Made by a program: the position numbers and the translations under genes. A stretch of 64,000 nt of DNA from Williopsis jadinii (taxonomy: Eukaryota). Position 1 is the stretch's first letter; every line of letters begins with the position of its first letter. Where the stretch lies: assembly GCA_024346625.1 (NCBI GenBank), contig AP024667.1:310001-374000 (forward strand), read 5' to 3'. The notes beneath the pieces are model-generated. The model was not told the DNA's origin. It saw only the letters and a program-made list of their open reading frames with translations, and did no database searches. Below are positions 11,566 through 22,879 of this stretch, in pieces.

Positions 11566-12001
11566 GCCACCTTTGGTGCATTCTACGCATAGTAAAAGCA
11601 CAAGAACGAGTGATGTGCCCTGTATACATAAAACACCCTCCTGTATGAACAATAGAGGTGTCCGGGTGTTTTCCGCTTTTCGGGATGTTCCGATTTTCAG
11701 AACAAGCTTCTCCAGCAGAATCCCGAAAGGGAAATCGGATCCCGCGGATTTCTCGTGATGGCTTCAACAGCCTCTCCAAAGGCTTCGATGCTTCACCTTA
11801 AAGTACCTGGGGCGCCAACTCCACCACAACAAAGGAATCGTCTCTGTGTCAGTGTATGCGACACACCTGCATAGAAGAGCCCATATTACATAACCAGAAC
11901 ACAGGGATCTTCTGTTGAACTTATCCGTAGGGTCAAGTCTCCTTTGCAGGTTGGTGACGGGGGAAAGGGAGACAGCTTGAAGGGCCAAACACTTCACGGC
12001 C

Positions 12002-13663
12002 ATGGCCCCTAAAAAGAAGAGGCAGTACAGTAGAAATGGCTGTAAGGAATGTAAGAGGAGGAAGCTGAAATGTGACGAGGGTAAGCCTGAGTGCTGGCAA
12101 TGCTCACACCTCGGAAAGAGGTGTATCTATTTGAAAAGTATCAAGTTCTCTGACTCAAGGAACGTCACTGTTGAACGCCAGCCTCAGACCAGGACCCGGT
12201 ACAACTTCATCAACTTTTCCCTACAGAAGGCCGACGCTTCACCAGCTGGTGAATCGCCGGAGCTCTCAGTCTCCAGCGGTGGTAGTGGCGGTGATGGCGG
12301 TGGTGGCGGTGGTGGCCATGAGATTGCCTCACTATCGCCATATGTGCCACACATCTCACCCATTGAGGACAAAGATATCATAATTAATGAGGCCTCAACG
12401 CTGGCAAACACCATCATTGAGTCTCTGGATACTAATTTTGACGTATTCTCCATGGATTTCGGCATTTTCCCAGACTATGTGAAGAAGCAGGATATACTGA
12501 ACTCGTTCGATCTACCACAACCTCATAAGACACATCTAGAGATATTTTACGATAAGATTTCAGCCCGGCTAATGCCACTAGAACAGGGCCTTTGCAATGA
12601 GATCTTGTTGACGAACGCTAGAAAGGCTCCCTACTTATTAGCTGCAATGCTGAGCCTGGCGACAACAGGAGATGAGAAGCTGAAATACATATCAACCTGC
12701 TTGAGCAATATCAGCAACGTTTTCCAAGATCACTCTAAAATCTTGAGCAACATCGAACCTTTGATACTGACGGTCCTTCTGCTAGCAGCTGATCCAACGT
12801 CTAATGATTGGAGAGCACATCTCCGGGGTGCTAAAGACCTCTTTGTCAAATATATCAAGTTCTATGCAACCCCTTCATTGCTGTTGGCTAAAAGCTGGTT
12901 TGCTGCGATTGAAATCCTTGCTGGATTACAAAACGCTGGTACTGGTAAAAGACATGAACTGAATAATCTACTGGATGTTGGACTGTACGGTTCCAACGGT
13001 GATTTGGCTGTTGAAGTTGGCATTTTACTTCCAAGTGGCTATAACCTATTTCTGGGCTATAGCACCGAAGCCATCATCATGTACAGAGAATTCATCAAAT
13101 TGTCACACATGGATAATGGAGACATATTGTTCCAAATGAGTCTTATACACAGTGCAAAGGAGTTCCAAGTGGCCAGCGATAACATCCTCATTCCACTAGA
13201 TAATCCATCACATCCGGATTACTCTGGAAATGAACCAAAAAACATACTCCCCTGGAGCTGTTATGGATTCAAAGAGAACAAGGTTTATTCATGGTTTGAT
13301 CTGATTCACCATCTACACGTCGATGCACTATTGCTGAAATTGTACAATGAGCATTTCTCCATGGATAAAACACATCCACTATGTCAAAACCTCATGAAAG
13401 GTATGTTAAACATGTGCTTCTTCTACGACGATGCAACAAACGAAATTATAGATCCTCTTGATTCAAGGCTACTGATGTTACAAGGTCCTATGCTAAACTG
13501 TGGTTTGAACTGTGTTGATCAGGATGACAAAGACCTTGTGGAAGCATACTTCAAAAGTTTGATCGACGCCGGAGTGCTGAGTGCCAAAGCTACTTTCAAC
13601 AAAGTCCGTTACGCTTGGACTGGAGTTGGTGTTGATAACATGGAACAACTGCCATTTGCCTGA
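12002..13663 (+). CDS. Zn(II)2Cys6 transcription factor, Lys14-like
   Basis: KRQYSRNGCKECKRRKLKCDEGKPECWQCSHLGKRC resembles the Lys14 DNA-binding domain. A fungal TF domain follows (WRAHLRGAKDL). Confidence 0.85.
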   Translation: MAPKKKRQYSRNGCKECKRRKLKCDEGKPECWQCSHLGKRCIYLKSIKFSDSRNVTVERQPQTRTRYNFINFSLQKADASPAGESPELSVSSGGSGGDGGGGGGGHEIASLSPYVPHISPIEDKDIIINEASTLANTIIESLDTNFDVFSMDFGIFPDYVKKQDILNSFDLPQPHKTHLEIFYDKISARLMPLEQGLCNEILLTNARKAPYLLAAMLSLATTGDEKLKYISTCLSNISNVFQDHSKILSNIEPLILTVLLLAADPTSNDWRAHLRGAKDLFVKYIKFYATPSLLLAKSWFAAIEILAGLQNAGTGKRHELNNLLDVGLYGSNGDLAVEVGILLPSGYNLFLGYSTEAIIMYREFIKLSHMDNGDILFQMSLIHSAKEFQVASDNILIPLDNPSHPDYSGNEPKNILPWSCYGFKENKVYSWFDLIHHLHVDALLLKLYNEHFSMDKTHPLCQNLMKGMLNMCFFYDDATNEIIDPLDSRLLMLQGPMLNCGLNCVDQDDKDLVEAYFKSLIDAGVLSAKATFNKVRYAWTGVGVDNMEQLPFA

Positions 13664-13711
13664 AAGTAATTTGACTTTGATAAGCAACGTGTGTTTTAAC
13701 GGCTATATATC

Positions 13712-15217
13712 TCACTGGAATTCTTTGATAAACACCTCAATGTCATTCCAAATTTTATCCCGTAATGATTCGGCATCATCTGCGAAAGCTTCTTCTAACT
13801 CTTGAGCAAGTTTCTCTTTATTCTTTTCATCCTTTATAATGGAGATGATATAATCTGAAAGCTCGTCCTCCTTGGTGCCTAGAATCTCCTCCATGTACTC
13901 GTCGAGTTTAGGCTTAAGTCGCTGCAAAAGAGAATCCAATTGATCATCATCAAGATCTTCAAGTGTTAAAGACTTTGAAATGTTCACTTTCAAAGGAATG
14001 TTAATAGTTGAAAGGAAGTTGTCGGCCTCTTTCGCTGCTTTGTTCTCGGTTAGTTCTTCTTCTCTGTCTTTTTGGTCAGCTTCCATTTCCAACTTCTTAT
14101 CCCTTCCAGATCTTCTAAATCTGCCATGTTCATATTCCGGTTTAAGGGTTTTATCAAGAGACTGTTCATAGTTTCTTAATTCGTCGAGTTCACGTAGAAC
14201 ATCTTTATTTCTTCTCTGAATGGACTCTACCGATCTCAGCTTGTCCCTAAACTTTTTTAGCATATCAGCATTTTCCTTCTTTATTCTCAGTTCCTCATAC
14301 TGTTCATCAGTCAAATCGTCCTCCTCCTCGTCTGATTCATTGTCGTCGTCCTCAACCATACGGTCTGAATCGCTCTGGTATTTTTCAAAGAGCTTACGCA
14401 GTTGAGCTTTAGATCTCTTCTTCTCTTCAAGAACCTCCTTCTCCCTCTTCTTTCTTTCGTTTTCGAGCACCTTGAGTCTGAACTCCTTAATATCCTTGAT
14501 TAGTTGTGGTAATGCATCCTGTGGCACACCTCTCAGTTCTTCCTCGTCAATGACATAATCAACAGTCTTTGCTGTTTTCTTCGCCTTGTTCTTCTCCAAG
14601 AGGCGGTCTACTTTCCTTTGTAAGGCCTCCTTGTCTATGGATATTTCAACACTGGGAACTGTATCCTCAATTAGTTGTCTAGTGTTCTTTTCCACCACAA
14701 TTTTCAATTTGGACTGGTGGACTGCGATATCCAATTCGGTGAGCCTCTTCATTAGAAAAGCATTTTCTTTCACCTCTTTCTCCTTGAGTCTCACAAATAG
14801 TACCTTGGAATCACCTTCCTCTAGGCAACTCCATTCATAGGGGTGTTCCCCAATCAGCTCGTTCAATAGCTGTTCAATAAGCGGGTTTGCAAAGTCTTCG
14901 ATGCCCAGAATACAAGCTTCATTCAGCTGTTCTGTAAGTACATTAGGTTTGAACTCCTTCAAATCCTTAAACTTCTGTACCTCATACTGTTCAGTCTCTT
15001 CGTGCTCCTCTTCTCCTGCTTCGTCGGCATCATTTGATAGAGAAGGGGCAGGTTTGTTGACTCGGTAAAGCCTCGAGCGGTACAATGGGACAGCACCAAT
15101 GGCATTTGGTTTCGGCCGTGAAGGGTTGATATCCTTGAACTTGGTCAGCAACGCTGACACGCCATGGAATGGCGACGCAGTCACTGTAGGGACGTTGATT
15201 AGCGTGTTATCATCCAT
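13712..15217 (-). CDS. SNU71: U1 snRNP component Snu71-like (RBM25 family, C-terminal PWI-like domain)
   Basis: Charged coiled-coil middle with IKDIKEFR, and C-terminal LKPKLDEYMEEILGTKEDELSDYII. Orthologues of its S. cerevisiae neighbours MCY1 and MSB2 are in the window. Confidence 0.75.
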   Translation of the reverse strand: MDDNTLINVPTVTASPFHGVSALLTKFKDINPSRPKPNAIGAVPLYRSRLYRVNKPAPSLSNDADEAGEEEHEETEQYEVQKFKDLKEFKPNVLTEQLNEACILGIEDFANPLIEQLLNELIGEHPYEWSCLEEGDSKVLFVRLKEKEVKENAFLMKRLTELDIAVHQSKLKIVVEKNTRQLIEDTVPSVEISIDKEALQRKVDRLLEKNKAKKTAKTVDYVIDEEELRGVPQDALPQLIKDIKEFRLKVLENERKKREKEVLEEKKRSKAQLRKLFEKYQSDSDRMVEDDDNESDEEEDDLTDEQYEELRIKKENADMLKKFRDKLRSVESIQRRNKDVLRELDELRNYEQSLDKTLKPEYEHGRFRRSGRDKKLEMEADQKDREEELTENKAAKEADNFLSTINIPLKVNISKSLTLEDLDDDQLDSLLQRLKPKLDEYMEEILGTKEDELSDYIISIIKDEKNKEKLAQELEEAFADDAESLRDKIWNDIEVFIKEFQ

Positions 15218-15335
15218 TTCCTGTGCAATGGGCGTCTATTGGATACAATTACTCCTTCGTACGCATTCAAAGTAAACAGAGAAGTAAAATTCCACACGAG
15301 AGTTTATTACCACACCCGGACACCGTCATCAGGAA

Positions 15336-15395
15336 ACATCCCAACACCTCACATCCCAACACCTAACACCTCAACATCACCACATATCCACACAA
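15336..15395. repeat. Short CA-rich degenerate tandem repeat (acatcccaacacct x2 plus partial copies)
   Basis: acatcccaacacctc acatcccaacaccta acacctcaacatcac read directly. Confidence 0.6.
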
Positions 15396-16075
15396 TATTG
15401 GTTCCATAGGCTCAGTGATACAGCGTAATATGTAACGGTACTATGGCGTGGTGGACTGTGTAGTTGATATTCCAGATGGCGTGTGACAGTGCTATAGTGT
15501 GTGGTTAATTGTAGCATCAAATGTAGCGTTGTGTCCATTGTCTGGTATGGTGCATTGTGCTTTGCGCCCTATGATGCCGAAAGCGTTTTGATGATCTTTA
15601 TCCTTCGTATACGGTATGAGCTGAATGGCCAAGTTTCTTGCTTCGTTGATGATGAATAGATCACGTATGTCATTTGATTCTTATCAGGGTAAAGACAATG
15701 ACGAGGGAACTGATTAGGGAGGAAAGCTTGAGGGTAATGAAGCTGATACTGATTACCATATTACTGATTCTTATCCCAATGAAGAGCTGTCAGCACCTTT
15801 TCAGCTGTCCTCCAGGATAGCACGCTGGTAGTTTTGCCATCCAATCCTTTGGTTTCAGTTATACTCTGTGGTTTTGATTCTATCGAACATGAAAGCGTTT
15901 CCTACAAAGAGCAACCGTGCAGTTGATTATAGATGAGCTATAAAGCACATTGAACACCATTTTGAACGAATCACTACCATACTGCTTTGCAAGAAGAGTT
16001 CTATGAAAGCTCAATTGTTGCCTTTTTTCATCACTATATACTATACAATATACCCATCTATTCTTTGCGATGAGA

Positions 16076-18262
16076 TCATTCACGGATGTCAAGAGCTGGA
16101 CGCTTTGCAGTTCTCTTCTTGATGCCAGCAGCAGCTTGTCTTTCGAAAGAGCTGGCTTCCCTCAAGTCACGGCCTGCATTGTCGAGATCTTTAACCTTGT
16201 AAATACGCACCAGCCAGTTCTCTGATGTGAATGCCTCTTCGACAACGTTGAGTTCAGGCTCCTCTGAGATGACTTGACTACGGACTCTGTCCACTGCTGG
16301 TCTGCCACTTCTCATATGGACATCAACAAACCTGTGGTAGGACATCTTGTACAGTAAAGAGTCCTTCATTGTTTGCGTGGCTTCTCGACCAACCTTGTAC
16401 TCTCCTCTCTCAGTGAAGAAGCTTCTCTCCTTCACCTCGTCGGGCCAAATACCTTGGGCAATACGGATCATCCATAAGAACTTATTCAAGTCATCACCGG
16501 AGAATCCAAGCATACCACCAAATATGATCAACACGTAATCAACATCGTGCTGCTTCAACACCTTGTAGGCAACCTCTTCATTGGAGCACATAGCCTTACC
16601 GACAGTAGCGATATGGGTGTTATTCCAAGTATTGTTGTCCACCAACGTGGTACGGTCTGCCATACCTCCAATTTGGTAGCCGTAATCCCACCAAGCTGCA
16701 ACTTTGGCATCTTCAGGTGTGTTCATACGGAGCCAATAGTACGCCTCACGGTAGTCATCGATCAACTGCTGAGAGCCATCTGGGGCCTTTGTAGCCAAAA
16801 CGACAGAAGGTGACGAATATGCATTGGATGTGACCCAAGTACAGTGGAAGACGAACAAATAGAGATAGAATACAAAGGTACCGACAACTGCAAACTTCGA
16901 TAGGATGTCAAAGATGGACTTCTTGTCATCCTTTGGTTTCTCGGTCTTGTCCTCCTTGAGGTAATCAGAAAAGTCCAAGTACACGTCAAACAGTTTTGAT
17001 ACAGCAACTGCTGCAGAGACACAGATGATTGGAGTCAACGTCAACATGAGACGAACCATAACACCTGCAAAGTAGGAACAGAGCACGGAGTAAGCAATTA
17101 CAAAGATGTGTTCATTACGGAGCTCTTGGAAGAGCAAGAAGATACCTGCTGGGAACAACCAGATCAAGAACTGTGTGTCAAAGAAGAAAGAAGGCCATGC
17201 TGTAGGCTGATGTTCTGAGACAGAAGCGATGATTGGGATGTGGATCTTTGCATAGTTTGTATCCCAGAGCGAGTAGAAACGACCAGTCCATGGTGCAATC
17301 AATCCGGCATATGTCAAGGAAACCAACCCTGCGATACCCAAGAGAATGATCAAGATGACCGAAACAAACAAGACGGATTTGAACTTGTTTGAAGGGACTT
17401 TTGAGCGGATGTATTCACCAAAGCATACGATTTGGATCAATCCAAAGACACCAAGTGCAGCCATGTGGTCGTTCGAACGGATAGGTAAGAATCCGACAAA
17501 AGGGATCTGCATCGACGCCAAAGTACCAATTGCGTACCAGGTTGAGTAAGCGGTGTATAACTTATGGCTATAACGTCCCATAAGTATGAGGATGAAGACG
17601 TGCAATGGGATCAAGTTTGTAATGAAGACGTAACCACCCCAGGCAGAGACCATGTAGAAATAGAAGCCTGCTGCCCAAGCTGCCCAAAACACAGAGCCCT
17701 CCTTTGAAGCCTTGATCCAGAAGTAGAACGTCGTCATCAGCAAGGTGATGGCGATGGCCTCGTTATCATAAGATCCGGCAACGGATCTTGAGATGTAACC
17801 AGGCGCAATGCCCATGAACGCAGCAGCCAATAACCCAGCAGACTTATCCTTAATCTCTGCGGTGAAGAGGTAGGTGAAGTACGCAGTGACACCTGAGAAC
17901 GCTGGCGCAAGCATAACACAGATGTTTCTGATGTCCACTGGCAGTCCAATCTTTCTCAGCCCGTGCCATATGGAGCCGGCTGTCACCATCAGGCCTGGAT
18001 ACAACGTACCACCGGTAACTCTGCCCAATGGGTACCAGGTCTTGTCGTCAAACCAATTGAGAAACTCATAGTAGCTGTGAGACACCAGGTACTTCGTGGC
18101 CCTGAAGTTGAACCACGGGTCAAACTCGTGGATGATGGACTCGAACCGAACCACGGAGAACAGACGCGACGACACAGCAGCAGCAGCTATGGAAAAGAGA
18201 ATCGTGACCCTCAACAGCAGTTTGATATTGGCCAGCGTGGCCTCCGAAACCTCAACCGACAT
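16076..18262 (-). CDS. STT3: Oligosaccharyltransferase catalytic subunit Stt3
   Basis: IIHEFDPWFN, SVSEHQP, WWDYG, DNNTWNN and many TM helices. First ATG at 18262. Confidence 0.98.
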   Translation of the reverse strand: MSVEVSEATLANIKLLLRVTILFSIAAAAVSSRLFSVVRFESIIHEFDPWFNFRATKYLVSHSYYEFLNWFDDKTWYPLGRVTGGTLYPGLMVTAGSIWHGLRKIGLPVDIRNICVMLAPAFSGVTAYFTYLFTAEIKDKSAGLLAAAFMGIAPGYISRSVAGSYDNEAIAITLLMTTFYFWIKASKEGSVFWAAWAAGFYFYMVSAWGGYVFITNLIPLHVFILILMGRYSHKLYTAYSTWYAIGTLASMQIPFVGFLPIRSNDHMAALGVFGLIQIVCFGEYIRSKVPSNKFKSVLFVSVILIILLGIAGLVSLTYAGLIAPWTGRFYSLWDTNYAKIHIPIIASVSEHQPTAWPSFFFDTQFLIWLFPAGIFLLFQELRNEHIFVIAYSVLCSYFAGVMVRLMLTLTPIICVSAAVAVSKLFDVYLDFSDYLKEDKTEKPKDDKKSIFDILSKFAVVGTFVFYLYLFVFHCTWVTSNAYSSPSVVLATKAPDGSQQLIDDYREAYYWLRMNTPEDAKVAAWWDYGYQIGGMADRTTLVDNNTWNNTHIATVGKAMCSNEEVAYKVLKQHDVDYVLIIFGGMLGFSGDDLNKFLWMIRIAQGIWPDEVKERSFFTERGEYKVGREATQTMKDSLLYKMSYHRFVDVHMRSGRPAVDRVRSQVISEEPELNVVEEAFTSENWLVRIYKVKDLDNAGRDLREASSFERQAAAGIKKRTAKRPALDIRE

Positions 18263-18895
18263 TCTCGCAGTGGTGTGCTTTCTCTGCTCTTTGCAATGCA
18301 ACAATACCAGGCGTGACGGGGTTGAATTGATGTCTTACAAGTGTACCAAACCCGAAGAAGAGACACCTGTTCTTCTGCTTGAACAAAACGGTTTGGGCTG
18401 CGGGCAACAGCGGCGCAAACCGAGGGCATTGGTCACGTGCCCACTGTCCATGCCCTCGGATTACCCCCTCCGTGTGTTTCCTCTACCGAAAAAAATATAT
18501 CATTGTGTGGCGGGCTGTGTGTCGCCCGGGGCCGTGTGCAATTTCCTCTCCTGGAACGAAAAATTGTCGCTATCGCCCGCTTTTTTTTTTCAACGTCTTG
18601 TTTGGGTAACAAATCACACTGAGTCCCATTGCAAATTTCCCAAGTGGGCTTCTGTCCTGTTCATCCGATAGTGGGAAAGCATCAGAAGCTGTGATACCTG
18701 GTGTATTTTAGCTGGGCAGTGGTGTGCGATACCAAAATCTGTGTATTGGAGGTTGGTTTTTGATTGGCAGACACATCACACGGAGCGTTCATTCGAGTCC
18801 TCTTGCACGTTGTAAGCTCATCCCTCTGGTCCCCCAGGAATTTTCGGTGTTTTCCATCAAGAGTCATCACTGAGTAGCGTTGCATAAAACGGGTA

Positions 18896-19677
18896 ATGAG
18901 CCAGGACGATAAGAAGGCGGTGAAGGCACGGGAGGAAGGGCCTGTGCCGGAGGTGAGCCATGAGCAGCACGTCACGATAAAGGAGCCACCGCAACATGCG
19001 CATGTGTCAGTGTCGGCTGCTCACCACCTCTCGCAACCTGCTATCCAGAGGAAAGTGAGCGGTGGTGTCCTTGCAGCCGGGAGTGGAGATGCCGTTGTGG
19101 AAGATGGAGGCACCATCACGTTCCAGAAGAGGATTGTGCCGAAGCAGAGAACGCAGAGCGTTCAGAGCGTGCTGTCGAGTGTTTCACTGCGGAGCTTTGT
19201 TAACCAGCACAACCGTTCGCAGGTGCAGCTTCACCAGAGTGCACAGGTTGCTGGGAACAACGACAACGGCACAGCCAATAACAACAACAGCAGCGGCAAG
19301 AGTAACATCAACAGCGGCAACACTGTCAACGCTGCCAGCAGTACTCAGCCATCGCAGGAACAGTTCATCAGTGCCAAAACACATATACAGGCACCAGCCG
19401 CTGCTGCGTCTTCCAAGCGTAAAGCGTCCTTTGAAATTGGACAACGATTACCCTTCAACCAAGATGACGAGAGGTCAGTTGAAGAGTCCGCTGTTTCCAA
19501 CTCTGGAGATGAGGGAGACAGCAGTGATAGCACAGAACAGAATAAGAACCTCACGGATGATGCCTTGAAGAAACTCAGCAACTTTGCCAAATTCCAACCG
19601 GCAGAGGTGGATATGAGTATGCGTACCACGACGGCTATTGAAGATTACATTCCACGGTATGAGCCAGCAGCAGCAGC

Positions 19678-19708
<31 letters not shown>

Positions 19709-20611
19709 GATCAACAGCAGCCGGAGTTGCAACAACAGAGTGACCAGGATTCAACACACCCGCTGCTGTCGAGAAATAGCTCACAGATACAGCTGACGTT
19801 GCAACCGCAGCCACACAGAGTAGTGTCACAGTCAAGAGTTCATCAAATCAGTCAACCACACTCGCTGTCGCCTTCGATATCTCAGGAGTCGAATCACAGC
19901 AGCAGACAGCAATCTGCTACCCATGCACAACAGCTGCTGTTATCGCAAACGACATCTTCACAGGACCTACGCACATTCCAGCCATCACCAACTAGCTTTC
20001 TTGACAATGCCAATCTCAAGACCATCAACGATCCAAAAAGACCCATGTACGTTCCAGCGGTGCTCCGTCAATCCAATACTAATTTGAAGCCCGAGGATGT
20101 GAAGCATATAAACGAACAAAACTCTCGCAAGTCGAAGAACGTCATATCAGACGCTGCTCACTCGTTGAAGTCGCAAACGTCACATTGGAAGCTGGGCTTT
20201 GACAACAACAACAAGCTACCAACAAGGGCACATTGGCGTCGTGACGTTACGAGAAACTCGTGTGCTTATTGTGACATTCAATTTACCTTCTTCGAAAGAC
20301 GTCACCATTGCAGAAGATGCGGTGATATCTTTTGTGCACAGCATACTTCTCATCTCTTGAAGCTGGGACCAGATGCCCAGTTCACCCTGGGTGGGTCTGG
20401 TGTGCTATGCAAAGTGTGTGACAGATGTACAAAGGACTATGAGGATTTTTACAAGTCCAAATTTGGTGATAATTCACTTGCAAGGAAATCGAGTGTCATT
20501 GGTGTGGATGATAACACCAGACAGAATGGCAATACTGACAGTGTAAATGGTGGTGCTAATGGTGCTATAGTTGGTAGCGTTCCAGCAGATTGGAGCTGGA
20601 GCTCATTCTGA
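18896..20611 (+). CDS. PIB2: FYVE-domain TORC1 regulator Pib2
   Basis: FYVE finger (HWRRD...CAYC...RRHHCRRCG...CDRC), PMYVPAVLR motif and tail motif GSVPADWSWSSF. Divergent from STT3 as in S. cerevisiae. Contains a poly-Q tract. Confidence 0.93.
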
Positions 20612-21756
20612 TCAATCTGAGTAAAAAGGATGTTGAAAATGTGCTGTAACACAACAATGATAAAAAGGCAGAAAAGGACCGCTATATATGCAATTAATAA
20701 CATGAAAATGCAGTGGAAGCCATGGATCTAGTAGTTGACCATTGTAGGTTGGTTAAGGGATGCGATGACTTGCTCAAAACCTGGTAAAATCGAAAACCAT
20801 CATGACTAGTGAGATATTCCGGGGAGTTTAAGATGGACAACAGCTCGTAGAGCATATTCACTTCCGGATGTTATTATAGATATTAGGCTTCAATTATATT
20901 ATATAACAGAGCTCGTGTCATTGAATATAAACACGCAATGATCATTTGTCTAATTCCCTTTTTGATTTTGATTTTGATTTTAAAATAATATAGATGAGTC
21001 CATTTCTTATCAGAAAATTCAATACGCCATGTTTAAAGAATATGGTCCTTTATTTTACCCAATGTCTTTATCAGAAGCTCCTGTAACAATCATACTGCTC
21101 ATCACAACTGAGCCAATCCAGGCAATACCACCTCCCAATTGATGGAATAGTAAACATATTTCGAAAATATGCTTATTCAAAGTGATCTCCATAGCTTTCA
21201 CGGGTGTTAGTATGGTTGGTGCCAGTTTAAACCCAAACACCAACAGCCCAGCCCGCGTAAGTTGATTCCTGTTGATGCCATCTACTCGTCCTAAATTGAT
21301 CTTGAGAGAAGGCTATTTTGCGTTGAGAGACGAGGAATACCCACATGAAGGTCCATAATTCATATATAAAGTAGATTTCATTGAAAGTAGGTGTGTCCAA
21401 GGTGTTAGTGGGGGGCTATGCTGTCTTGATCAGCATTGGATGTATTTGCTGGCGTCAGTATTGGAAAATTAGGAAACCCTGCAAGAATATGGTGAACAAG
21501 CATGCCACCCTGTGTGACAATTCGTATAAGAAGCAAACGAGAACTTCCAATTGATACCAACTTGGAAGCACAATGTCGTTTCATTCGTTGTATTACATTG
21601 GCTGAAGCGTTTTATTGGAATCACCATAGAACTTTGCCGTTGGAGGCCGCGAAATCAACCATTGGGAAAACTACACCGGGGCCACTTTGACAAACTTGAG
21701 CCATGGATAATTCCTTAGGAGATTGGTCATAAGTTTTATATGAAACTAGCTTGAAA

Positions 21757-22767
21757 ATGTCAGATGATGAAAGGCAGGGCATAGACGAGCCAGCGGTTGA
21801 GGAGCCAGCGGTTGAGGAGCCAGTGGTTGAGGAGCCAGCGGTTGAGGAGCCAGCAGTTGAGGAGCTGACTATAGAAGAAACTGTCATTGGAGAGACAAAG
21901 GTAGACAACAACACAGCAGATACAGCTGGCGGGAAGCGAACAGATGAGACACACGAGGATACAAATGTGGGAAACATGGTCAATGATGAACCAGAGAAAG
22001 ACAATGACGACGATGACTTTGGATCATTCTCTGATGCATCCTTCGACGAATTTGAGGAACCCCCAGAGAACACGTCCGTACAGCAACCAGAATCCGAGAA
22101 GATAGCGTCTCTCCTACTATCGTCATATTCTGACAGGGATAAGTTGATCACTATAATAGATGAATTGACTCTGCAAACGTTTCCAGATCAACTGCCTACT
22201 TTTACTATACCAGAGGACACGTCAATACTGAATCCAAGGTCTCAGCATTTACTTGAAAGACTAATAGCACCACCTCATTTGAAGCCTTACAATTGGAAAA
22301 CAGGGTCGTTGAGGAGACAGCTTCTGATGACACTTGGGCTTCCTGATGATACTATCCAGAAAAAAGAGAGGGAAAATGGATTCGACATGTCCACTTATGT
22401 CGTTAAGACCTTAGAGCAACTGCACATTGATGATGGCCAGAAGAAGAAAATGCTCGAGGAAACCAATACCAAGTTTGCAGAGATTGGCAACGTTATCACA
22501 GCAGATGATCTCTTGGAAATGAATGATAAGGAATTGCAAATGGCCATAGAGAAACTGGAAATACAGGTCTCCATGGTGGAGAAATACTTGGCTGTTTGGG
22601 ATGATGAAAAGACCAAATTAGAGGAGGATAGAAAGACATTTGAAAGCGTTGTCGAGAATTTAGTGGGCCATACCCAAAGGTTAAGACGTGAAGAGACAAT
22701 GAAGTCTTTAAAGAAGGAAAAGGAAAAGAGCAAACTAAACAGTTTATTCAAGTTAAAGAAGAACTAG
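21757..22767 (+). CDS. LAA2: AP-1 accessory protein, Laa2-like
   Basis: Acidic N-terminus with a gamma-ear binding motif DDDFGSF, then WKTGSLRRQLL and a C-terminal coiled coil. LAA2 neighbours SCT1 in S. cerevisiae. Confidence 0.65.
   Translation: MSDDERQGIDEPAVEEPAVEEPVVEEPAVEEPAVEELTIEETVIGETKVDNNTADTAGGKRTDETHEDTNVGNMVNDEPEKDNDDDDFGSFSDASFDEFEEPPENTSVQQPESEKIASLLLSSYSDRDKLITIIDELTLQTFPDQLPTFTIPEDTSILNPRSQHLLERLIAPPHLKPYNWKTGSLRRQLLMTLGLPDDTIQKKERENGFDMSTYVVKTLEQLHIDDGQKKKMLEETNTKFAEIGNVITADDLLEMNDKELQMAIEKLEIQVSMVEKYLAVWDDEKTKLEEDRKTFESVVENLVGHTQRLRREETMKSLKKEKEKSKLNSLFKLKKN
21787..21861 (+). repeat. Coding 15-bp tandem repeat (EPAVE x5)
   Basis: gagccagcggttgag x5 with minor variants. 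Confidence 0.9.
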
Positions 22768-22879
22768 GTAGAGGTCCAATGGATAAAGGAGAGATAAAAA
22801 AAGAAAACAGAAATCTATAGTAATCATCATCATTAAAAAAAGATAAACAAAATGTACAATATTAAACCAATCAAATGAT

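Noticed and set aside
15570..15720. Possible C/D-box snoRNAs (ATGATGA at 15649, CTGA at 15710; ATGACGAGG complementary to 25S CCUCGUCAU)
   Set aside because: Only 9 nt are complementary and they sit 3 mismatched nt from the D box, with no terminal stem. A snoscan/Infernal run would be needed.
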